64,000 bases of DNA, taken from NCBI GenBank assembly GCA_041742535.1, contig JBGSIM010000022.1, forward strand, positions 464 through 64,463. Reading direction: 5' to 3'. Positions 53,911-62,274 of the stretch are shown here, one piece after another. Position 1 is the stretch's first letter. Every line of letters begins with the position of its first letter. The DNA comes from Cyclobacteriaceae bacterium. GTDB lineage: Bacteria > Bacteroidota > Bacteroidia > Cytophagales > Cyclobacteriaceae. The position numbers were made by a program, and so were the translations under genes. The notes beneath the pieces are model-generated. The model was not told the DNA's origin, did no database searches, and saw only the letters and a list, made by a program, of their open reading frames with translations.

Positions 53911-55947
53911 ATGGCGAAAGTCCAAAAAGAAAAATTAGAAGAGCCGAAGATCAAAGCTGCCAAATTGGTGACGGATGATGATGCTCCGGTAAAAAAGACT
54001 GTAAAAGGCGCTGCTGCTGAAGACCTTTTTGAAAAAGATGAGTTATCAGAGTTTAAACAGCAAAAAAAGGCTGAAGAAGAAGAAGGCATCAGCCGGATGA
54101 TTAAAGATGTAACGGCTCGCAGAGCGGCTACTGAATCAAATGTATCAACCGAGAATTTTGATTGGGATGCATATGATCGCAAAGGTTTTGGTGAAGGGTA
54201 TTCTTCTAAAGATCGCGATGCTTTATTAAAGAAATATGAAGGCACCGTAACCTCAGTGAATGAAAGTGAACTGGTGGTGGGTATTGTAGTAGGTATTAAC
54301 GATAAGGATGTAATCCTTAACATTGGTTTTAAATCAGATGGTCTTGTGCCATTAGCTGAATTTAAAGATCAGCCTGCTTTAAAAATTGGTGATTCAGTTG
54401 ACTTATTTATTGAAGAGCGTGAAAATGCAATGGGTCAATTAGTTCTTTCTCGCAGAAAGGCCAAGCTATTGAAGGGCTGGGAGAATGTGCAGAAAGCTCT
54501 TGATAAGGATGAGGTGATTGAAGGTTTCGTGAAGCGTAGAACCAAAGGTGGTTTGATTGTAGATGTATTTGGCATCGAAGCGTTCTTACCAGGTTCACAA
54601 ATTGATGTGAAGCCGATTCGCGATTTCGATATCTATGTAAATAAGAACATTGAAGTGAAGGTGGTGAAAATCAACTACACAAATGATAACGTAGTAGTAT
54701 CACACAAAGTGTTGATCGAGAAAGATCTTGAACAACAAAAAGCAGTGATCCTTACAAACCTTGAGAAAGGTCAGGTATTGGAAGGTGTGATCAAGAACAT
54801 GACCAACTTCGGTGTATTCATCGACTTAGGTGGTGTAGACGGATTACTACACATTACTGATATTTCATGGGGACGTATCAACCATCCTGAAGAGTTATTG
54901 AAACTTGATCAGGTGGTGAAAGTAGTTGTACTTGATTTCGATGGCGATAAGAAGAGAATCTCATTGGGTATGAAGCAACTTACGCCTCATCCTTGGGAAT
55001 CATTAGGTGCTGAAATCATTGTTGGTTCAAAAGTGAAAGGTAAGATTGTGAATGTAGCCGATTACGGAGCATTCTTAGAATTGCAACCTGGCGTTGAAGG
55101 CTTAATCCATGTAAGTGAAATGAGCTGGTCACAACACTTACGCAATCCACAAGACTTTATTAAAGTAGGGGATGAGTTGGAAGCCGTTGTGTTGACAATC
55201 GATCGCGATGAGCGCAAGATGTCATTAGGTATTAAACAACTTACTGAAGATCCTTGGACTAGACAAGATGTATTGAGCAAGTATGCAGTAGGTACCCGTC
55301 ATAGCGGTATCGTCCGTAACTTGACAAACTTTGGTTTGTTCATCGAATTGGAAGAAGGCATTGATGGATTGGTTCACGTATCAGATTTGAGCTGGACTAA
55401 GAAAATCAAGCATCCTTCAGAATTCATTAAAGTGGGTGATTCATTAGATGTTCAAGTATTAGAATTGGATGCTACCAACCGCAGATTGGCACTTAGCCAT
55501 AAGCATTTGGAAGAAAATCCTTGGGATACTTTTGAAACTGTATTTACTATCGGTTCTGTACACAAGAGCACCATTATCAGCAAGAATGATAAAGGCGCTG
55601 TGTTAGAATTGCCTTACGGTATTGAAGGATTCTGTTCTACTAAAAACTTGGTGAAAGCAGATGATAGCAAACCGGAAGTAGGCGATGCTGATGACTATAA
55701 AGTTCTTGAGTTCTCGAAAGATGACAGAAGAATTGCTTTGAGTATGAAGGCAATGTGGTCAACTGAAGAAGAGAAAGCGGCACCTGCTGCAACAACAGCT
55801 AAGAAAAAAGCTGCTCCTAAAGGAAAAGGTATCGATAAAATAAATCAGGAGGCTGAGAAATCAACTCTGGGCGATATCGAAGCGTTGAGTGCATTGAAAG
55901 AGAAGATGAGTGCTGCGAAAGCAAAGTCATCAGACGAATCAAAGTAA
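53911..55947 (+). CDS. rpsA: 30S ribosomal protein S1
   Basis: 678 aa. ENFDWDAY motif and six S1/OB repeats (..GFVKRRTKGGLIVDV.., GVIKNMTNFGVFIDLG.., GKIVNVADYGAFLEL..). Lys/Glu-rich N- and C-terminal tails. Confidence 0.9.
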   Translation: MAKVQKEKLEEPKIKAAKLVTDDDAPVKKTVKGAAAEDLFEKDELSEFKQQKKAEEEEGISRMIKDVTARRAATESNVSTENFDWDAYDRKGFGEGYSSKDRDALLKKYEGTVTSVNESELVVGIVVGINDKDVILNIGFKSDGLVPLAEFKDQPALKIGDSVDLFIEERENAMGQLVLSRRKAKLLKGWENVQKALDKDEVIEGFVKRRTKGGLIVDVFGIEAFLPGSQIDVKPIRDFDIYVNKNIEVKVVKINYTNDNVVVSHKVLIEKDLEQQKAVILTNLEKGQVLEGVIKNMTNFGVFIDLGGVDGLLHITDISWGRINHPEELLKLDQVVKVVVLDFDGDKKRISLGMKQLTPHPWESLGAEIIVGSKVKGKIVNVADYGAFLELQPGVEGLIHVSEMSWSQHLRNPQDFIKVGDELEAVVLTIDRDERKMSLGIKQLTEDPWTRQDVLSKYAVGTRHSGIVRNLTNFGLFIELEEGIDGLVHVSDLSWTKKIKHPSEFIKVGDSLDVQVLELDATNRRLALSHKHLEENPWDTFETVFTIGSVHKSTIISKNDKGAVLELPYGIEGFCSTKNLVKADDSKPEVGDADDYKVLEFSKDDRRIALSMKAMWSTEEEKAAPAATTAKKKAAPKGKGIDKINQEAEKSTLGDIEALSALKEKMSAAKAKSSDESK

Positions 55948-55966
55948 TCAATTGATAGAATAGCTA

Positions 55967-56001
55967 AAGAAGGTGACTGTTAAGGTCACCTTCTTTTTTT
56001 T
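55967..56001 (+). terminator. Intrinsic terminator after rpsA
   Basis: 11-bp stem AAGAAGGTGAC/GTCACCTTCTT, 7-nt loop, then T-run. Confidence 0.75.
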
Positions 56002-56045
56002 AGTCCGTTGTAATACGGATTGATTTTTATAATTTTGTCCTGTAA

Positions 56046-56116
56046 GGTTCCGTGGCCGAGTGGCTAGGCTGAGCTCTGCAAAAGCTCCTACAGCGGTTCG
56101 AATCCGCTCGGAACCT
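56046..56116 (+). tRNA. tRNA-Cys (anticodon GCA)
   Basis: 71 nt. Acceptor GGTTCCG/CGGAACC. Anticodon stem GAGCT/AGCTC with loop CTGCAAA. T-arm AGCGG-TTCGAAT-CCGCT. No encoded CCA. Confidence 0.9.
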
Positions 56117-56128
56117 CAATATCGTTTT

Positions 56129-56156
56129 AAATGCCCTTATTTAAGGGCATTTTTGC
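56129..56156 (+). terminator. Hairpin plus T-run after tRNA-Cys
   Basis: AAATGCCCTTA-TT-TAAGGGCATTT followed by TTTGC. Confidence 0.6.
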
Positions 56157-56196
56157 TTTACAGGATAACGGGCAGTATGACGAAATTGGATTTATT

Positions 56197-57555
56197 CTAT
56201 CTCCATTGCCTTGGTTCGGAATCAACGAGCTTCCCAGTAGATCGTAACCAAGTAAAACTATTGACCTTTTGATGTACTTCATTATATATGTCACCATATC
56301 CTAGAGATACATCAAAATCAATCGTTTCAGGCAATTCTTCATTCAATGAATTGAGAATTATTGAAAATGTTCTTGAATATTCCTCATTTGCATCTTTAGT
56401 AAGTTTGACTTGTAGGGGTTTCAACCAATCCCCTTGCTCAATACGATATTTATATTCCGAAACTACAAGTGTGGGTTCTGTCTTGCCATTATTTTTATAT
56501 GTGAGTGAAAAATAAAGTTTTCTTACCAATTCAATTTTTACGCCTGACAGAAGTGGGAATTTTTCTTTTGCTTTTAAAGCAGCATCTAACGTTGTGAATA
56601 CGGGTATTTCTGGAACTTCTTTGCCATCGCTATACACGTATTGAAACAAAATAAAAGCATCCTTTATAGTTAGAAGTTCTTTTTTAATTAGAACTAAATC
56701 TGGAGGATTCTCTCCTTTTTTCTTTTCGGTCATAGTTGCTTTTGGTGTCCTTTCTCCAAAATGTAAGTCTGAAGGGTAGCGAAATAAATTCGGAATGTTG
56801 TCGCTTACTTTGCTGAGGTACTTTTTTGCCTTTTCCATTTCTTCAGGTTTTGGAAAACCGTATGGAGTAAAGTAAGTTGGTGTTATTTCCATTACTAGTT
56901 TAGAATCAACTATCAGTCCTCCTATTAAAACTTTATTTGGTGATAATAAATCAATATGAAATTTAGTTATTCCATCAATATCAATAACCTCAAGTGCTTT
57001 ATCATCATAATTTCTATCAAAATACTTGCCTGGATTTACTTTCCATTCATTATCTATCATACGTGAAACAATATTCCCTTCAAGATTCCTGAATGTTGCG
57101 CTTATTAGCATCCTATTTGAATCAAATTTGATAGTTAGTTCAAAATCAGAATTGGCAAAAGAATTAAGTGGCTTAAAAACATATCCGCTTCCCCTATTGG
57201 TAAGAATAGATGTATTGCTTCCAATGGAGACAACAAGCGGAGGTAGTTTGATTGGTGTTGTTTTAGACGGTGAAGATTTTATTTCCTCAGGGACAAATTT
57301 GCCAACAATAGCTTCCTTTCGTTTATTCGATAGCTTTTCAATTCGTTCCTTTTCTTCCCTTTCGTGAATTTCGGCTTGCTCTTCTTGTCTAATTTTTTTA
57401 TCAAATCCAACAATTTTTCTTTGTGAATAGTAGTATAGCAAAGCGCCAGTTAATACAGCAATAACAGGTACCCAAATAATTTGAAAATTCTTCCACCATT
57501 GAAGTGAGTCTTGCAGTTGTTCCATTTTTGTTTTCGTTGTTTTTCTGGTATGCAT
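56197..57555 (-). CDS. Orphan membrane-anchored protein: N-terminal TM, charged coiled segment, about 350-aa globular region
   Basis: 452-aa ORF. TM IIWVPVIAVLTGALLYYY, then EEQAEIHEREEKERIEK. No family recognised. Markedly AT-rich (hand counts of 27-33% GC on three 60-nt lines, against 38% in rpsA lines). Confidence 0.65.
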   Translation of the reverse strand: MHTRKTTKTKMEQLQDSLQWWKNFQIIWVPVIAVLTGALLYYYSQRKIVGFDKKIRQEEQAEIHEREEKERIEKLSNKRKEAIVGKFVPEEIKSSPSKTTPIKLPPLVVSIGSNTSILTNRGSGYVFKPLNSFANSDFELTIKFDSNRMLISATFRNLEGNIVSRMIDNEWKVNPGKYFDRNYDDKALEVIDIDGITKFHIDLLSPNKVLIGGLIVDSKLVMEITPTYFTPYGFPKPEEMEKAKKYLSKVSDNIPNLFRYPSDLHFGERTPKATMTEKKKGENPPDLVLIKKELLTIKDAFILFQYVYSDGKEVPEIPVFTTLDAALKAKEKFPLLSGVKIELVRKLYFSLTYKNNGKTEPTLVVSEYKYRIEQGDWLKPLQVKLTKDANEEYSRTFSIILNSLNEELPETIDFDVSLGYGDIYNEVHQKVNSFTWLRSTGKLVDSEPRQWR

Positions 57556-57742
57556 ATCCTTCTATTCAATAGAAAGATAATCAAAATCCAATAAATATGA
57601 TGAATAACCACCTGTAGCTTGCATGGTTCAAAATGAGTTATAAATCTGGAACTATTTTTTTGAGATTCTTAACTTTGATAAGGAGTGTATAACCGTTAGA
57701 TTAGAGATAGTAATTATCTTAAGTCGGATGAAATACTAGAAA

Positions 57743-58624
57743 ATGCCAAGACGTTTCAGGTCAAAGAGCGTAATCCCTAAAATATCACTCTGGAACATAG
57801 AGGAAGAGAGGCCATTCAATGCATTCGTATTTGAATCGATCCCGCCAAAGGATATGCTCCAGTACAAGGCACATAAAAAAAACCATTTTGTGATTTCATA
57901 CTCCCTGAAGGGCTCATTCAGGAGTTTCATCGATTTTAAGGAAAGAATTATCAATCCGGGTGATGTTGGGTTAATTAATCCAAATCACATCCATTTTGTT
58001 CGACCCCTTGACAGAAATAAGATCAAGGTCATCATCGTTGCATTCAACCGCGCTTTTTACAACCGGTTGAACCTAAACGCTAAAGTGAATATGATGACAA
58101 ACGCTCCGCATGAAAATCTGAGGGTGCATGGTCAGCGATATGATGAGGACATTATCCCACTTCTTTTCCGATCAATCTTAAAAGAATTTCAAGCACGTCA
58201 AAAAGTAACCCCTGCTATTGTTTCGCTGATGTCGCTTTTAATTACCCGTGTGTGTGAGCAGAGTAATCCCAACAAGGAACTTACCAAAATCAATTTCACC
58301 TATTATTCTTTTTTGAATTTGCTGAACGAAAATTTATCCAAGACACACCGTGTTACAGAATATTCTGATAAGCTTAAGCTATCAGAAAAAAGTTTGAACC
58401 GAGCGTGCCAGGCAGTTGCGCAAAGTTCTGCGCAAAGCATTATTCATCAAAAAATTAATTTCGAAGCCAAGCGCCAGTTGGTACATGATCAATCATCTGC
58501 CAAGGAGATTGCTTACTCCGTAGGTTTCACCGACCCAATTCAATTTTCAAAATTCTTTAAACAGCATAACGGATTTACTCCCTTGGAGTATCGGAAAAAA
58601 GCCCGTTCAGGACGATTGTCCTAA
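57743..58624 (+). CDS. AraC family transcriptional regulator (cupin-like N-terminus plus HTH)
   Basis: 293 aa. C-terminal EIAYSVGFTDPIQFSKFFKQHNGFTPLEYR. Confidence 0.85.
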   Translation: MPRRFRSKSVIPKISLWNIEEERPFNAFVFESIPPKDMLQYKAHKKNHFVISYSLKGSFRSFIDFKERIINPGDVGLINPNHIHFVRPLDRNKIKVIIVAFNRAFYNRLNLNAKVNMMTNAPHENLRVHGQRYDEDIIPLLFRSILKEFQARQKVTPAIVSLMSLLITRVCEQSNPNKELTKINFTYYSFLNLLNENLSKTHRVTEYSDKLKLSEKSLNRACQAVAQSSAQSIIHQKINFEAKRQLVHDQSSAKEIAYSVGFTDPIQFSKFFKQHNGFTPLEYRKKARSGRLS

Positions 58625-58698
58625 AACACCAATAACTGTCTATTCTTTACAATACCCCGTTTTTATCGCTTGCGTTTGAATAGTAAAAGCGAATATTT

Positions 58699-59115
58699 AT
58701 GGACACTTCATGGTCAATCTTTAGTGGCGGAAGGTTAAATCAAATCCCTGTTAACTCAATATTTAGGATAACAACGGATGATAGGTTCGAAAGTATTCTG
58801 TTTCGATCCGCACTCGTTAAGCAATCTTTTGAAGATAAATTAAAGAGGCAATTACCCTTGCAAAAAGTGAATGCTAGCTCTCAGGTGCCTTTGTGCATTA
58901 TGTATCAATCGGTAGTTGTAGGAAGGGAATCAACAGAACAGGAAGTTGAACTCTCTGTTGTGGTAAAGGATGAAACAGATGATTCCATGCTTTGGCATTT
59001 CATTCTCATGAGCCCTGAAAGACATATTTCGCCTGATGACCTGGACGAAATTGTCACCCTGATTATCAATCGCCTTTTTCCAGATAAAATGCATTTGCAC
59101 AAGGCTTGTCTATAA
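58699..59115 (+). CDS. Hypothetical protein
   Basis: 138-aa ORF with a plausible coding composition. No family recognised. Confidence 0.45.
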   Translation: MDTSWSIFSGGRLNQIPVNSIFRITTDDRFESILFRSALVKQSFEDKLKRQLPLQKVNASSQVPLCIMYQSVVVGRESTEQEVELSVVVKDETDDSMLWHFILMSPERHISPDDLDEIVTLIINRLFPDKMHLHKACL

Positions 59116-59201
59116 ATGCCAATACATCTTTTGATAGCAGCCCGTTTTAATAGTAAGAATTATTTAATAAAAGAATTATAGTAAACCTAAAAACCATTAC
59201 A

Positions 59202-59396
59202 ATGACAAATCGCATTGAGAGTCGTATGTATAAAAACGTTGCCATGTTCATTTCTATTGTATTGACAATGATTGCAATCACCTTAGCAAAGAAGGCGGTT
59301 GCTGCTCCCCAGATACACCCTAACAAGATGGAGATTCAGAATCAAATTAAAAGTGATTGCCTGGCTGGTTCTAAATTTTATCTTAACTATAATTAG
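59202..59396 (+). CDS. Hypothetical 64-aa single-helix membrane or secreted peptide
   Basis: Hydrophobic helix VAMFISIVLTMIAITLA. Its stop is 2 nt from the next ATG. Confidence 0.4.
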   Translation: MTNRIESRMYKNVAMFISIVLTMIAITLAKKAVAAPQIHPNKMEIQNQIKSDCLAGSKFYLNYN

Positions 59397-59398
59397 TG

Positions 59399-59884
59399 AT
59401 GAGCACCCAATTTAATAATCAGATGATACGTGATTGTTTTTTTGATGAGGCGCAAATTTCTGAGTTGGGATATAGTGATGTAGTTACAGTGGGATTTGGC
59501 CCATTCACGGAATTTGATTTTAATAATTTCCTGAAAAAAAATGGGTTTAATATCCGGAAACCTTCAGGTAAGATGGCCATTTTGATTATAGGAAAAGAAG
59601 GGTGGGAGGAATCTACGGTTATGGAGATTTTGAAACTGCGGGCTGGTGGTACACTGCGTGTGTATTCGCAAGAAATGTTTTTGCTACACTGTTCATTAGG
59701 AATGGATCCCCTCATATCTTCAAAAAAGATCCTAAAAAGTTTCGCAGAAGATCATGCTGGGTTGCAATTTCTAATCGAAGCGGGATTTGATTGGCCGATT
59801 ACTACGATTGTGCCCTCATTTGATGAAGAAGATTCAGATGCTTTTTTTAATCCCACAAGTGAGAAAGAGATTCTTGCAGCTTAG
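59399..59884 (+). CDS. Hypothetical acidic protein with a BRCT-like or Rossmann-like core (tentative)
   Basis: 161 aa from the ATG (the track starts at the GTG at 59396). The core GKMAILIIGKEGW..LRAGGTLRVYSQEMFL is only a by-eye resemblance. Confidence 0.5.
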   Translation: MSTQFNNQMIRDCFFDEAQISELGYSDVVTVGFGPFTEFDFNNFLKKNGFNIRKPSGKMAILIIGKEGWEESTVMEILKLRAGGTLRVYSQEMFLLHCSLGMDPLISSKKILKSFAEDHAGLQFLIEAGFDWPITTIVPSFDEEDSDAFFNPTSEKEILAA

Positions 59885-59939
59885 GTTTGCGTAACTAACC
59901 TTTGATAAAATTTGGTATCTTGAAACTCTTATAGGTTTC

Positions 59940-61085
59940 ATGGCAAGAACTGCATCATCTTCGTACTCTAATCATGTGCAATTAATAAAGGGTGGTCAGG
60001 ATTTCTTTCAGATCCTGAAATCAAAGATTGCGGAGGCTGAGAAAACCATCTACTTCCAATTTTACATTTTTGATGAAGATGAAACGGGCCGCAGTGTTGC
60101 CAATGAGCTGATTGCGGCCGCAAAGAGGAAGGTGAGTGTTTACTTGTTACTGGATAAGTATGGATCGAACAATCTCTCGTCTGATTTCATTCAGGAATTA
60201 ATAGATGCCGGTATTCACTTCCGATGGTTTACCGCTTTTTTAAAGAACAAAAAATTTTATGTTGGCAGGCGCCTTCATCACAAAGTAATTGTGATTGATA
60301 GTACTAAAAGTTTTGTCTGTGGCCTCAATATTAGCAACCGCTATAATGAAGTTGATGGCAAAGCAGCCTGGCTTGACTGGGCAGCGTATTCAGAAGGAAC
60401 CACTTCCCTTCTTTTAGAACAAATTTGTAAAAAGAGAATCCGCGATCATTCTCCCGGAAAAATTAAGCATGAGGAACATGCATCGAATAAAAAGCAATAC
60501 GTTGTTAACGTTTGTATAAACGATTGGGTGTCCCGAAAGTCGCAGATCACCACCAGCTACTTAAAGGCAATCCGAGCGGCCACTTCATCGATTCATATTA
60601 TGTCGCCTTATTTTCTTCCTGGGCATCAATTTCGCAGTGCCTTGAAGTGGGCTGTAAAGCGGGGTGTAAAAGTTCAATTAATACTTGCAGGGAATTCGGA
60701 TATCCCTTTTGGTAAATATGCAGAGCGGTATATGTATGAGTGGTTGTTAAAGAATAATATTCAGGTGTATGAGTACCAACCCAGTATACTCCATGGAAAA
60801 ATTGCTACAAGCGATGGCGAATGGAGTAGCGTGGGATCATACAATGTTAACAATCTAAGTGCGTATGCGAGTATTGAACTAAATCTGGAAGTTATAAATA
60901 AAAGTTTTGCTCAGGATGTTCAAAGTCGCTTAGATAAAATTATACAAAATGATTGTCAGCAAATAACCCGACAAGTGTATAAATACGAAACCAATATGTG
61001 GAAGCGTTTTGTCTATGGATCGATGTTTAATTTTATACGTCTGATGTTGTTTATTTTTACGTTCCAAAGACCGCATCACGAGTAA
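59940..61085 (+). CDS. Phospholipase D family protein with two HKD motifs (ClsB-like phosphatidyltransferase)
   Basis: HHKVIVIDSTKSFVCGLNIS and LHGKIATSDGEWSSVGSYNVNNLS. Hydrophobic C-terminus. Confidence 0.85.
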   Translation: MARTASSSYSNHVQLIKGGQDFFQILKSKIAEAEKTIYFQFYIFDEDETGRSVANELIAAAKRKVSVYLLLDKYGSNNLSSDFIQELIDAGIHFRWFTAFLKNKKFYVGRRLHHKVIVIDSTKSFVCGLNISNRYNEVDGKAAWLDWAAYSEGTTSLLLEQICKKRIRDHSPGKIKHEEHASNKKQYVVNVCINDWVSRKSQITTSYLKAIRAATSSIHIMSPYFLPGHQFRSALKWAVKRGVKVQLILAGNSDIPFGKYAERYMYEWLLKNNIQVYEYQPSILHGKIATSDGEWSSVGSYNVNNLSAYASIELNLEVINKSFAQDVQSRLDKIIQNDCQQITRQVYKYETNMWKRFVYGSMFNFIRLMLFIFTFQRPHHE

Positions 61086-62098
61086 TGGATTCAATTACTC
61101 ATATTGCTATAGGCGCACTTATCGGTGATGCAGTTGCAGGCAAGAGACTAGGCAAGCGTGCGCTTATTATTGGTGCGGCCTGTCAAAGTATTCCCGATGT
61201 TGATTTCATCAATTCATTTTTTCTTTCGCCCACCGAAAATTTATTGGCGCATAGGGGATTAACGCACTCGTTTTTATTTGGTGTTTTAATTACGATTATC
61301 CTTTCATGGATTGCCACTCGATGGAAGCGATTCCCTGATGTGAGTATAAAGAGTTGGATGGGATTTATAGGTATTGAAATTTTTGTTCATCTGTTACTGG
61401 ATTCGTTAAATGCCTATGGAGTAGGTTGGTTTGAACCTTTCTCCAGCAGGCGGTTTTCGTTTAATGTCATCTTTGTGGCCGACCCATTGTATTCTATCTG
61501 GCTGGGGATTGCTTGTTTAGGAATGTTGATGACGTATAAGAATTATGAAAAGCGAAAGAGATTTGTTCTTCTTGGATTGATAGTAAGTTCATTATATCTA
61601 TGCGTTTGCCTGGTTAATAAAACAATAATTAATAATCGAATTGAATCAACATTAAAAAGTAAAGACATTGAATGGAAGCGGTATTTTGCAACACCCACAG
61701 CTTTTAACAGCATGTTATGGTACTGTGTAGTTGAAATGGATTCTTCTTTTTACATAGGATATAGTTCAATCTGGGATACATCCCCGGAAATTTCATTCAC
61801 ACAGTTTAACCAAAAACGTTATTTAATTGAGAATACCTCGGATGATAAAGAAATAGAAAACCTGATTAAGTTTTCGAATGGATATTTTACGGTAGAGCGG
61901 CTTGAAGGTGAGGCGCTGCTTTTTAATGATTTACGTTTTGGCCGTATTGCCGGCTGGCAAAATAAGCCCACCGGATTTTCATTTCATTATTATCTGAAAA
62001 ATCCGGATAAAAATTTGTTGGTTATTCAGCGAGGAAGGTATGCGGAATGGAATGTCGCTACCATGAAGTCGCTAGCGGTTAGAATGATGGGAGATTAG
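61085..62098 (+). CDS. Membrane-bound metal-dependent hydrolase (YdjM/DUF457-like) with a C-terminal extension
   Basis: MDSITHIAIGALIGD.., LAHRGLTHS. The ATG overlaps the PLD stop (TAATG). Confidence 0.75.
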   Translation: MDSITHIAIGALIGDAVAGKRLGKRALIIGAACQSIPDVDFINSFFLSPTENLLAHRGLTHSFLFGVLITIILSWIATRWKRFPDVSIKSWMGFIGIEIFVHLLLDSLNAYGVGWFEPFSSRRFSFNVIFVADPLYSIWLGIACLGMLMTYKNYEKRKRFVLLGLIVSSLYLCVCLVNKTIINNRIESTLKSKDIEWKRYFATPTAFNSMLWYCVVEMDSSFYIGYSSIWDTSPEISFTQFNQKRYLIENTSDDKEIENLIKFSNGYFTVERLEGEALLFNDLRFGRIAGWQNKPTGFSFHYYLKNPDKNLLVIQRGRYAEWNVATMKSLAVRMMGD

Positions 62099-62169
62099 AC
62101 AGCAACCGAATGCAGTCCAATTGTGCTGGTGCCAATCTTATTTTGATGCAAAACATGAAAATCCACATC

Positions 62170-62200
62170 GACAGAATGGGGTATTTTGTCTCTTTTTTTT
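62170..62200 (+). terminator. Intrinsic terminator
   Basis: Stem GACAGAAT/ATTTTGTC (one G-U pair), 5-nt loop, then TCTTTTTTTT. Confidence 0.65.
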
Positions 62201-62274
62201 ATCCAACCCTTTGTTAGCTTGCATGAACTTAGATTTTTAAGTTTTACATTTGGTGGGAATGGTTTTGTGAGCTA

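Noticed and set aside
53850-54323. 157-aa minus-strand ORF across the rpsA 5' end
   Set aside because: It is Ser/Phe/Leu-rich, the mirror of the Lys/Glu-rich S1 N-terminal region. It is a shadow ORF, although it means the exact rpsA start deserves experimental confirmation.
56213-56223. GGTTCGGAATC resembling the tRNA-Cys T-arm (GGTTCGAATCC, 56095-56105), as a possible att-site repeat
   Set aside because: It is only about 11 nt with an indel, 118 nt from the tRNA and inside the orphan gene's 3' end. It does not bracket anything, and there is no integrase, so it is probably chance.
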